Origin: a virus
Lineage: Duplodnaviria > Caudoviricetes
IMG/VR virus record: IMGVR_UViG_3300028048_001169
Coordinates: 128,001 to 192,000 of that record
Length of the DNA stretch: 64,000 bases
Reading direction: 5' to 3' (one strand)
Shown: one piece after another, positions 1 to 9,307 of the stretch
How positions within the stretch are numbered: the first letter of the stretch is position 1
Layout: each line of letters starts with the position of its first letter
Position numbers and translations under genes: made by a program
The notes under the pieces: generated by a model
Database searches by the model: none
What the model saw: the letters and a program-made list of their open reading frames with translations, nothing else
What the model was told of the DNA's origin: nothing

Positions 1-3000
1 CAACTGAAGAAGAGGTAGCTGAAGAACTTCGTATGCTGATGAATTCCAGAAATGGATTCATGAAGAATCGTTATAAAGATAATGAGAAGTTTAGCGAAGA
101 AGATATCTCTGGTTTATCTAAACTTATTAGCAATGCTAATAAGAACATTGCAAATGCTAATACAAATGCTAGAAGCAGTGTTGTTGAGATGATTTCTGGT
201 AAGATGCGTGAAGCTGGTTATACCGATGCAGAAATCGAAAGATTTACCAAGGGTAGCAAGAGTGATAAATACTTAATGAGAATGGCTTCTCAGTTAGGTG
301 TCAATATTAAACGAATGGAAAAAGATGGTGCTAAGACTGTTGATTCCGTTGTTATTGATACAATCCCTGGACTGCTCCAGAATATTAAGAACGCTATTAC
401 AGAAGGTGTAAGTACTATTACTCAAGATACAAAGACTGGTGTAACGAAACTTGCAACAGGAATAGAAAGAATTTACAACCATTTCCGTTACGGTAAAATG
501 GGAGATGCAATGAATGATCTCTATTCTGATGTAGGTGATGTTGCTGGAACAGTATCTAGACTTCCTGGAGATCTATTCAACTTAGGTAGAACCGGTGTTA
601 AAGGTGTATCTGATGCTACCAGAGAAATGTATGGAGAGTACTTAAAGGAACAAACCAAGAAGTATCAAAGCAAAAAAGCTGCTAGAGCTAACAGATACAA
701 AGAGCATACAGATACAGCAGGTTCTGGATCTGGATTATTTGGATTTGGCGCTGGTGGCGGAAAGGTACGTAACCAGTTTGGTACGTTAGTAGATAGTAAT
801 GAAGATATCGCTTCACAACAACGTAAGAAAGATACTGCAATGCGAAACAATGCGTTGTTTAGTATTAGTTCTATGGGCGGTGGAGTTTCTTCTCTTGTAT
901 CTGGAATGAATAAGATTGTAAGTGGTTTATTCGGAGACAAGAAAGAAAAGAAGAAATCATTATTCTCTAAACTTACTGAATTAATCACTGGTGGTACTGG
1001 ATTACTCGGCGGATTATTATCAGGTATCTTTGGCTTCTTTGGTGGAGGCGGATTATCAAGTGCCTCTGGTATCGTTGGTAAAGTGCTCAATGCATTTGGA
1101 GGTAAAGGTGCTTTCAGTAATATCTTACGTGGTGCTTTAATTGCAACTGTAGGAACTGGTATCGTTAAAGGTACTTATGATACATTAGCAAACAGAGTAA
1201 CTAATGGTGCTATTGGTCGTGGATATGGACAAATGGGCACTTCATCTAATGCTAGTTACACTGGATTAACTGCTATGGATGCTAGTGGTAATATGGTAGC
1301 TGTTGCTATGGATGGTAATGGTAATCCTGTTACGGATGAGAATGGTAACTATATATCTACAAATGGTCAAGCATTAGATCCTTCTAGAACACAAGTTACA
1401 GAATCTTATGCTACTAGATCTCTTGGTGAGCGTGAACGAGATAAGATTGGACGTACTTTGCTCACATATGGTCCAAAGAAAGCATTCAAGAGTAGTATTG
1501 CTGGATTTGGTGTTAATAAGATAGCTAAGAGTCTTAAGTTAGATAAGTTAGCTGGAACTAAAGTTGGTCAAAAAGTAGTTGGTGCTGCTAAGGATAAATT
1601 TAATACCTTATTAGGAAAGGGTATTATCAATAGTAAACTTGGTACCAAACTTGCTGGTAGATATGAAGCAAAAGTTGCAAAAGAAGCTGCTGTAAAGCGA
1701 GCTAAGGATATTTCGAAACATTCTGTTCAGAAAGCCATTGCTCGTCATAATAGAAAGCTTATGAAACGTGGAAGCGAGAAGCTTGTAGCAGAATCAACAC
1801 AATCTGCTATGAAGAAGATCGCTAAAGATGCCGCTACAGAAACTACAAAGAATAGTGTATATAACGGCATTAAAGAAGGTCTCACCAAAGCGTTTAATAA
1901 GATTTGTACAGTAATTCCTAAATTCAAAGGTCAGCAAAAAGTATTAGCTGGAGCAGCTGATGACATTGCAGAGGCTGCTGCTAAAAAGGCTGCTAAGCAA
2001 ACAGGTGAAGCTGCTGCTAAGATTGCTGCTAAAGTTGCAGCTGGCTTTGTATGGTTTACAAAAATTGCATTTGTAATTTCAGATTTCTGGTCTGGTTATG
2101 AAGATGCTACAACAACATGGAAGGTTAAAAAAGCTAGTACTTCTCAGAAGTTAATTAGTGGATTACTTCGTGTTGTATTAAACCTCAATCCATTAATTGG
2201 TATGCTTCTTCCTGATTCTTTAGTTATGGATATTCTTATTGATACAGTTGCACCTATCTTAGGAATTGATGTACGAAAGATCAAGAGTGAGAGAGCTGCT
2301 GCTGAAGAAGAGTTAAAAGAATACAATGAAGCTAACGGTACTAATTATTCTTGGAGTGAGTATAATAAACAAGTACTTGGAAATTATACAACTGGAGAGA
2401 AAATTGGTAACTGGTTCAAAAATACATTCACTAGTGTCAAGAATGTATTCACTGGTGGCAAGAAGTCTTCAAAAACACAGAAAGCATCTAATACTGCTAC
2501 AAAAGCAACTGGTGCTAGTGGATCTGGCTTATTAGGATATGCTGGTGGTAGTAGTGGACGCCGTACAGCTGCACCTAGCATTGGATTAGATCGTATTACA
2601 ACTGGAGTTGGTAATTACTTAGGTAATGATATTGACTCTAAGAGTATGAGAGATCTGAGCAAGATGTATGATGATATGGAAAAAGCTGCAAAGCATGGAA
2701 ATATCACTGGTGTAACAAAAGCTAGCGAACGTACTATGAAGAAGCTGAATGCTAAGAATTCTGGTATGAGTCGTACCTTTGGTATTATCAGTAAGCTTGG
2801 TATGTTTGCTTATACATCTACTGCTATGATGAATAAGTTTACTGCTAAGGATAGTGTTGTTTCATCAACAACTTCTGAAGTAACTGGTACTGATGATACT
2901 TCTAATGGTAAAGGTAAATCTTCATCTAAGAATGGTAAGGGTATCCTTGGTACAATTGGCGGAGCTATTGTTAGTCTTGGAAAGACAATTTCTGGTTGGT

Positions 3001-5462
3001 TTGCTGGTAAAGGTTCAGGATTAACTGGTTATGCTGGTGGATCTTCTGAAGTTGTTTCTCAGTTAGATAGTAAATATTCCAATATTTCTGTTGGTGGTAA
3101 GTCTATGGCTGAGAATGGATGTGGACCTGCATCTGCTGTTATGGCATTGGATTCTCTTGGTAAATCATCTTCTGTAAGCAGTGCTGCTAGTATTGCTAAT
3201 AATTATCAGGTTACTGGAGGAACTGATGCATCTTACTTCCGTGATATGTTTAGTCGTAATGGTGTAGACTCTAGCTATGTACAAGGCGATGGAGTTAAAT
3301 CTGCAGTTGCTAGTGGAAATCCTGTTGTATTAATGGGACAAGATTCTAGCAATACAAGTAAAGCAAATTCACCATTTGGACCTAATAATCACTACGTTGT
3401 TGCTAATGGATACGATAGTAATGGTAACATTAATATCAGTGATCCAGAAACAGGTAACCATTCTTATAGTCCAAGTATTCTTGATAACGTTAAGATTGGT
3501 ATTGCTGCATCAGGTAGTAGACGAAGAAGAAAGCGTAACAATACGTCTTCTAGAGCTAACCATGCTGTTCATTTTGCTGCATCTGGTAGCAAAAAGAATA
3601 ACAAGACAAAGGGTGGAGCTCTTAAAATGACCATGGAGAACTGTAGAAAAGAGAATCTTGGTGTATGGTCAGAACCTACAGTAGAAGAACTCAATGCATT
3701 TATTAAGAAGAAAAACCCAACATCTCCATTCAATGGACATGGTGACGTATTTATTCGTGCTGGTAAAGCTTCTGGACTTGATCCTAGATATATCTTAGCT
3801 CATGCAGCTTTTGAATCAGCTTGGGGTACTTCTAAAATCTGTAGAGAGAAGAATAACTACTTTGGTATCGCTGCCTTCGATAGTAATCCATATAATTCTG
3901 CCAAGAGATTTGGATCTGGATTAGAAGCTGGAATTATTGGAGGTGCATGTTGGATCGCTGAGCATTACTATCACGGTTCTTATGATCAAACATGTATCTA
4001 TAAGATGAGATGGAATAACAACGTACACCAATATGCAACTGATCCAAAATGGGATACAAAGATTGCTGGTCTTATGGCTAAAATGCCTGCTAATACCAAA
4101 TTGACTTTAGCAAAGGGTGTAAAGAGCACTGTATTAAGTAGTCTGGGTGAGAGTGGATCATCTGTTTCTGGAGATGCATCTGGTGGTGTATCTGGTGATG
4201 CTACTGGTTCTTCAAGCAATTCTTCATCTACTGGATTACTTGGTTCTATCATCAATACATTCAGCAATGCTTTTGGTAAAGTCTTTGGAGGTAATGAAGA
4301 ATCTTCTGATGATTCATCATCTTCTTCATCTGATAGTGGTACTGCAAATGGTGCTGATTACACGAATTCTATCAAAACTGCAACTACTGCTGAAGGTAAA
4401 GCATTAGCAAATAGCTTTATTAATAAAGCTGCTAGTAAGATGGATTACGTTGAAGGAGCTGGAAATGATACAATGTTTGGTAAGTTTATGGGTGTAAATA
4501 AACAACCTTGGTGTGCATCATTTGTAAGCTGGGCAATGTCTGAAGCTGCTGGTGGAAAAGATAAAGCTGCTGTACCTTTACGTGGTCCTGTATCTGCATC
4601 TGTAGATGGATTATGGAGTAACTTCAAATCACATAATGCAATGACTTCAAATCCTGCTCCTGGTGATATCGTTATCTATAAGAACGGAACTTCCCACACT
4701 GGTCTTGTAGAGAAGGTAGAAGGAAATAAGATTACTACAATCGAAGGTAATACTTCTGGTGGTAATGGATTTAGTCGTAACGGTGGTATGGTTGCTCGTA
4801 AGACATTTACACTAGGAGATGGAAGCTACAAAGCAAAGCATCTTACTGGATTTGGTAGACCTGATTGGGATAATGGATCTACTGCTGCTAAAGCTGAAAA
4901 GAAGAAGCAGAATAAACGTAAGAAGCAAATGGAAAAGCATGGTACGAATGTATCTACTACAAAGCAAACTTCATTTGGTACAGTTCCTAATTACACAAGT
5001 TCCAGCTTAGGCAGTAACATGATGAATTATACCATTCCGAAAGTAGCTAAAAAGGGTGGTAAAGGATCTGGTCTTATTGGATATGGTGGCGGAGCTAGTG
5101 GATCAACTGGAAGAGTTATGCTTGATTCATCTGTATTTTCAGGTGCTATTTCTAAAGCAGAAAATACCAAAAAGGTTGGTAGTAGATCAACTACTAAGAC
5201 TGGTATCATGACATCTATGTCAAAAGACTCAGCTGCTTTACTCAAGATTATTATTGAGCTAATAACAAGTATTGTACAGAATACAGATCGTATTGAAGGA
5301 ATCTATTCATTACTTGAAACTTATTGTAATAGATCGGGTAATGCTGAACTTCAAAATGCTGTTAAGGAACAAAAGTCATCTTATGTTCCTAGAGAAACAT
5401 CTAATAATTTAGATAGTTTAGCAGATCTTCGTAGAATGTGTGATGCTATATTAGCAGGTTAA
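1..5462 (+). CDS. Giant tail-associated lytic protein (tape-measure-like), 5'-truncated by the window; C39-like peptidase, GH73 glucosaminidase and CHAP domains
   Basis: Frame is open from base 3. Long Ala/Gly/Lys-rich helical region, then ENGCGPASAVMAL...NHYVV...ISDP (C39-like), HAAFESAWG...NNYFGI...YATDPKW (GH73) and PWCASFVSW...GDIVIY...HTGLV...IEGNT (CHAP). Confidence 0.85.
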   Translation, partial: TEEEVAEELRMLMNSRNGFMKNRYKDNEKFSEEDISGLSKLISNANKNIANANTNARSSVVEMISGKMREAGYTDAEIERFTKGSKSDKYLMRMASQLGVNIKRMEKDGAKTVDSVVIDTIPGLLQNIKNAITEGVSTITQDTKTGVTKLATGIERIYNHFRYGKMGDAMNDLYSDVGDVAGTVSRLPGDLFNLGRTGVKGVSDATREMYGEYLKEQTKKYQSKKAARANRYKEHTDTAGSGSGLFGFGAGGGKVRNQFGTLVDSNEDIASQQRKKDTAMRNNALFSISSMGGGVSSLVSGMNKIVSGLFGDKKEKKKSLFSKLTELITGGTGLLGGLLSGIFGFFGGGGLSSASGIVGKVLNAFGGKGAFSNILRGALIATVGTGIVKGTYDTLANRVTNGAIGRGYGQMGTSSNASYTGLTAMDASGNMVAVAMDGNGNPVTDENGNYISTNGQALDPSRTQVTESYATRSLGERERDKIGRTLLTYGPKKAFKSSIAGFGVNKIAKSLKLDKLAGTKVGQKVVGAAKDKFNTLLGKGIINSKLGTKLAGRYEAKVAKEAAVKRAKDISKHSVQKAIARHNRKLMKRGSEKLVAESTQSAMKKIAKDAATETTKNSVYNGIKEGLTKAFNKICTVIPKFKGQQKVLAGAADDIAEAAAKKAAKQTGEAAAKIAAKVAAGFVWFTKIAFVISDFWSGYEDATTTWKVKKASTSQKLISGLLRVVLNLNPLIGMLLPDSLVMDILIDTVAPILGIDVRKIKSERAAAEEELKEYNEANGTNYSWSEYNKQVLGNYTTGEKIGNWFKNTFTSVKNVFTGGKKSSKTQKASNTATKATGASGSGLLGYAGGSSGRRTAAPSIGLDRITTGVGNYLGNDIDSKSMRDLSKMYDDMEKAAKHGNITGVTKASERTMKKLNAKNSGMSRTFGIISKLGMFAYTSTAMMNKFTAKDSVVSSTTSEVTGTDDTSNGKGKSSSKNGKGILGTIGGAIVSLGKTISGWFAGKGSGLTGYAGGSSEVVSQLDSKYSNISVGGKSMAENGCGPASAVMALDSLGKSSSVSSAASIANNYQVTGGTDASYFRDMFSRNGVDSSYVQGDGVKSAVASGNPVVLMGQDSSNTSKANSPFGPNNHYVVANGYDSNGNINISDPETGNHSYSPSILDNVKIGIAASGSRRRRKRNNTSSRANHAVHFAASGSKKNNKTKGGALKMTMENCRKENLGVWSEPTVEELNAFIKKKNPTSPFNGHGDVFIRAGKASGLDPRYILAHAAFESAWGTSKICREKNNYFGIAAFDSNPYNSAKRFGSGLEAGIIGGACWIAEHYYHGSYDQTCIYKMRWNNNVHQYATDPKWDTKIAGLMAKMPANTKLTLAKGVKSTVLSSLGESGSSVSGDASGGVSGDATGSSSNSSSTGLLGSIINTFSNAFGKVFGGNEESSDDSSSSSSDSGTANGADYTNSIKTATTAEGKALANSFINKAASKMDYVEGAGNDTMFGKFMGVNKQPWCASFVSWAMSEAAGGKDKAAVPLRGPVSASVDGLWSNFKSHNAMTSNPAPGDIVIYKNGTSHTGLVEKVEGNKITTIEGNTSGGNGFSRNGGMVARKTFTLGDGSYKAKHLTGFGRPDWDNGSTAAKAEKKKQNKRKKQMEKHGTNVSTTKQTSFGTVPNYTSSSLGSNMMNYTIPKVAKKGGKGSGLIGYGGGASGSTGRVMLDSSVFSGAISKAENTKKVGSRSTTKTGIMTSMSKDSAALLKIIIELITSIVQNTDRIEGIYSLLETYCNRSGNAELQNAVKEQKSSYVPRETSNNLDSLADLRRMCDAILAG

Positions 5463-5470
5463 AGTTTAAT

Positions 5471-5495
5471 GAGAGGGTGTCATTTTCACCCTCTC
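5471..5495 (+). terminator. Intrinsic terminator hairpin
   Basis: GAGAGGGTG...CACCCTCTC followed by a T-rich tract. Confidence 0.7.
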
Positions 5496-5543
5496 TTAAC
5501 TTTTATATAAAAGCTTTAATTATATAAATGAGGTGGTGAATTT

Positions 5544-7193
5544 ATGTCATATTCAAAAGGAACTGATGGTGGTAGTGGTGGAGCACAAACTAATGCTAAA
5601 CATGTAGAAGAAAAATTATCTGATAAAGAAAAAGAAGAAAGAAAAAGGATAGTAAAAGCTCAAAAAGCAGCATACAATGCGGTACGAAAATCTGGAAAAA
5701 AAGTATCTGATTTTGATCCATATGGAAATGATGCTGAGTTTAAGAAGCATACTAATGGAGTTGGTGGTGGCTCTTCATATATACCAGGTGTACTTACATC
5801 CGGATCTATAAATGGTATATTTGGAATGCCGTACCAATTTCTACCATCTGTAGATAGACGAGTTTATGTAGAGGGAAATACGAATGATAATACTATAATG
5901 GGTAGAAAGTATGCAGAGAAAGTTGCATCTCATCTACCATTATTATTTTTAACCCCATGTCGCCAAGTATTCATGGAGGGATTTGATGCATCAGATCAAG
6001 AGAGTGTTCTTGGTAGTATTGTAAATGGTGCCGGTATAGCTGGTGCTATTGGTGGTAATGGTGTTGTTGAAAGTAGTTTATTAAAGAAAACAGGTAGATA
6101 CTACAGTGCAAAATATGCTTGGGCTGAGTACTATCGTTGTGTAAATAAACTAGCAACACAGGTTGCTGTTTTATGCGGTTTACAGGACGAGTTATCTTCA
6201 GATGGTGTTAATCTAGCCAGTGAAGATTGGGTAAATAAAAAATTTCATAACGAAAGTTTTGATAGATATTTTGCTGCTAAAAAATCAGTTGTATTATACG
6301 TTGATGGATTAACAACAGTAGATGATTCTTTTTCAAATTCAACAACTGATTCATCATTAGCATCAACAATCAATGGTTTTGGAGAGCAAGCAAGAGAATT
6401 ACGATTTATTACTGGTGGATCTAGTGGCTTAAGTGCAATCTATGACAAAGGTTCTGAAATGGCACAAGATATAACAAAAGATCTCACATCAATTACTGAA
6501 AGATTCGGAGGAGCATCGCTTACAGAAGGTATGCTAGGAGATTTAGCAAAAACTGGTGTAAGTACTGTTTTAACTGGTGGTAAGATTATATTCCCTAAGA
6601 TTTGGGGAGATTCTTCTTATAGTAGGTCTTATAGCTTCTCTATTAAATTAAGATCACCAGATCATGATTCTTATAGTATTTATCGTAATATACTGATACC
6701 ATACTTACATTTATTAGCACTTGTAATGCCACAGTCTTTAACATCTGGTCCGGGTGCACAAAATCCAAATGCATATGATACACCGTTCTTAGTACGTGCA
6801 TATGCAAAAGGAATGTTTAATATTAATATGGGTATGATAACAAGTATGGATGTTACCAGAGGAGCAGAAGCTCAATGGAATGATCAGGGATTGCCAACAC
6901 AGATGGATATTAATATTACCATAGAAGATCTGTATACAAGTTTATATTTGTCAAACCCTAAAGGTATTAATTATTTCCGCAATACATTTGATATTATTAC
7001 GAATACTGAAATGGTAGATTACTTGGCAAATTTATCAGGTCTAAACGTTGCAGCTGAAACTGTTACACGACAAGTACAGTTGTTCAAATATATGGTGGCA
7101 GCCGACTTCGCTAGAACACCTTCAAATATTTATAATTATTTTGAAAACGGTGTTACAAATCTAATAAGAAGAGCATTTGAACGTTTATTCTAA
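5544..7193 (+). CDS. Virion structural protein (baseplate/tail-tube-initiator-like)
   Basis: 549 aa next to the tail lysin, with a late promoter at 5498. FPKIWGDSSYSRSYSFSIKL...PFLVRAY...GMITSMDVTRG...GLPTQMDINITI resembles tube-fold baseplate proteins of jumbo phages. Confidence 0.55.
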   Translation: MSYSKGTDGGSGGAQTNAKHVEEKLSDKEKEERKRIVKAQKAAYNAVRKSGKKVSDFDPYGNDAEFKKHTNGVGGGSSYIPGVLTSGSINGIFGMPYQFLPSVDRRVYVEGNTNDNTIMGRKYAEKVASHLPLLFLTPCRQVFMEGFDASDQESVLGSIVNGAGIAGAIGGNGVVESSLLKKTGRYYSAKYAWAEYYRCVNKLATQVAVLCGLQDELSSDGVNLASEDWVNKKFHNESFDRYFAAKKSVVLYVDGLTTVDDSFSNSTTDSSLASTINGFGEQARELRFITGGSSGLSAIYDKGSEMAQDITKDLTSITERFGGASLTEGMLGDLAKTGVSTVLTGGKIIFPKIWGDSSYSRSYSFSIKLRSPDHDSYSIYRNILIPYLHLLALVMPQSLTSGPGAQNPNAYDTPFLVRAYAKGMFNINMGMITSMDVTRGAEAQWNDQGLPTQMDINITIEDLYTSLYLSNPKGINYFRNTFDIITNTEMVDYLANLSGLNVAAETVTRQVQLFKYMVAADFARTPSNIYNYFENGVTNLIRRAFERLF

Positions 7194-7285
7194 GTATAAT
7201 AAATAGACAGGAATCTTTGTGTTCCTGTCTATATTTGATATTTACACGGATATTAACTTATTAATATATAAAGGAGGTAATATAC

Positions 7286-7678
7286 ATGAGTTCTATCATA
7301 CCATCACTAAACCTATCAAAAGCAATTACTGATCAGTATAACAGAGTTAACGATTTAAAAAATTCTAATGCATCTACAGAAGCATTAGGAATTGATTATA
7401 GTCGACTGGATACCAAAACAAAAGGAATGCTAAAGGATAGCATTGCATCTGCTATAGTGAATTATAAAAAGTATGACATGTATCCAGAGACAAAAGAATA
7501 CCTGGATCAGTTATTCAAACAGAATATGGGTACTTCATTTACAATTGAATATAAGAAATTAAAAGACGACTTATGTGATATTAATGTAGAGGGTAATCTA
7601 AGAGAAACCATTCAGTTGGTATTGATCAACAGAGCAAGAGAATTATATCTTGATATGACATTAAACCCTACAGTGTAA
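7286..7678 (+). CDS. Hypothetical protein; stop codon overlaps the first repeat unit
   Basis: 130 aa, AGGAGG RBS, late-type promoter AACT-N6-TA at 7255. Confidence 0.75.
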   Translation: MSSIIPSLNLSKAITDQYNRVNDLKNSNASTEALGIDYSRLDTKTKGMLKDSIASAIVNYKKYDMYPETKEYLDQLFKQNMGTSFTIEYKKLKDDLCDINVEGNLRETIQLVLINRARELYLDMTLNPTV

Positions 7679-8595
7679 ACCCGCTAAAAATAAGGGTTTT
7701 ATACTCTTGGTATACCAAGACCATATAATCCACTGTTTATGGGCTTTATGGAAGGTGTGATTTTATACTGTTTGTGCACTCTTTCAATCATTAACTTCCT
7801 GTTCGATATGGCGTCAAACCCGCTTAAAATAAGGGTTTTATACTCTTCCAATTTGGAAGACCACATAACCCAGTATTTATGGGCTTTGTAGGAGGTTTGG
7901 TTTTATAATGATTATACACCTTTTAAATAACATATAATGGTGTATTTTTTGAGATGTCCTCCCAAACCCGCTAAAAATAAGGCTTATGAACTCTTCATAT
8001 AGGGAGAGTACATAACCCAGTATTTACGGGCTTTGTGGAGGGTGTGGTTTTATAATGATTATACACCTTTCAAATAGATTCCCTGTATTTTGATATGTCG
8101 TCAAACCCGCTAAAAATAAGGGTTTTATCCTCTTCCAATAGGGAGACCATAAAATCCCGTATTTACGGGCTTTGTGAGGTATTGTTGCATAATGCTGGCT
8201 ATGTTTTTCAAATTAGAAAACCTGTATCTTGACATTGCTTCAAACCCGCTAAAAATAAGGGTTATGTACTCTCCCTAAACCAAGAGTACATAATCCACTG
8301 TTTATGGGCTTTGTGGGGTGTGGTTATATAACGATTATATACCTTCAAAATACATATCACTGTTTATTTTAGTAAGGTCTCAAACCCGCTTAAAATAAGG
8401 GTTATGTACTCTTGGTATACCAAGAGCACATAATCCAGTATTTATGGGCTTTGTAGAAGGTTTGATTTTATAATGATTATATACCTTCAAAATACATATC
8501 ACTGTTTATTTTAGTAAGGTCTCAAACCCGCTTAAAATAAGGGTTTTATACTCTCCCAATACCAAGAGCACATAACCCAGTATTTATGGGCTTTG
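7677..8595. repeat. Degenerate tandem array of 7 palindromic units, period 139-148 bp
   Basis: AAACCCGCT(A/T)AAAATAAGG starts at 7677, 7816, 7964, 8103, 8242, 8382 and 8524. Each is followed ~40 nt later by ATAA(C/T)CC..T(A/G)TTTA(C/T)GGGCTTT. Confidence 0.95.
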
Positions 8596-8610
8596 CTTAA
8601 AAATATTTTG

Positions 8611-8624
8611 AATCATATATTATA
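8611..8624 (+). promoter_or_regulatory. Early (virion RNAP) promoter AATCATATATTATA
   Basis: Same motif at 12239, 33775, 54967, 56621, with variants at 40334 and 27635; resembles the TATATTAC/T early promoters of phiKZ/AR9. Confidence 0.75.
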
Positions 8625-8677
8625 AATGTGGTAATATATAAGCTCGTCTATAATTATAACGTAAAAAGGAGGATATT

Positions 8678-9283
8678 ATGAATAACGAGTTTAATTTTCA
8701 AGAAACAATCGATCAGATTCAAGAATTCACTGCATTGGATTTAGGTACAGTAAAAGTATTTAAAGCTGATAACCAACATCCATATTTTGATCTTATTGAT
8801 GTATGCAAGATTATTGGATTTTCTTCTTCTGACGCTACATCAAGAATGAAGCAAGAACTAATTTGTATGAGTAGTGCTCTACATTCATTAAGCGGTAAGT
8901 ATAAGTTTATTAATGAATATCCTGTTATGATTGATATTAGAACAACAGAAATAGCATCTGGTCGTGGTTTTGGCGGAAAATCTTATGAACGAAATGTTAC
9001 TAAAACATATATATCAGAGTCTGCTATGTATCATATCATAGGAAGAGCATCAACTCCGAGTGCAATGATATTTAATGCTTGGGTAAGTGCTGTATTACTT
9101 CCTAAAGTAAGACAAGTTGGAGCTGATCGTTCTATTGAGTTATTAGAGGAGGAGATTCAGAAGTTAAAGTTGGAAGTACTTAATAAGCAAAATGCAATTG
9201 ATCGTTGGGAGAACTATATTACAAAGAACGGAGGAATTCAAATCAATATGTCTGATTTTATCAGATCTAATTTAGAGGCATAA
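8678..9283 (+). CDS. BRO-N family DNA-binding protein
   Basis: GTVKVF...PYFDLIDVCKIIG...YISESAMYHII...AMIFNAWVSAVLLPKVRQ follows the Bro-N pattern; C-terminal coiled coil. Confidence 0.8.
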   Translation: MNNEFNFQETIDQIQEFTALDLGTVKVFKADNQHPYFDLIDVCKIIGFSSSDATSRMKQELICMSSALHSLSGKYKFINEYPVMIDIRTTEIASGRGFGGKSYERNVTKTYISESAMYHIIGRASTPSAMIFNAWVSAVLLPKVRQVGADRSIELLEEEIQKLKLEVLNKQNAIDRWENYITKNGGIQINMSDFIRSNLEA

Positions 9284-9307
9284 ACTGTAGTAAAGGAGTG
9301 TAACACT

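Noticed and set aside
7677-8595. CRISPR array
   Set aside because: The conserved part is ~70 nt and degenerate, the linkers are homologous to one another rather than unique spacers, and no cas genes are visible.
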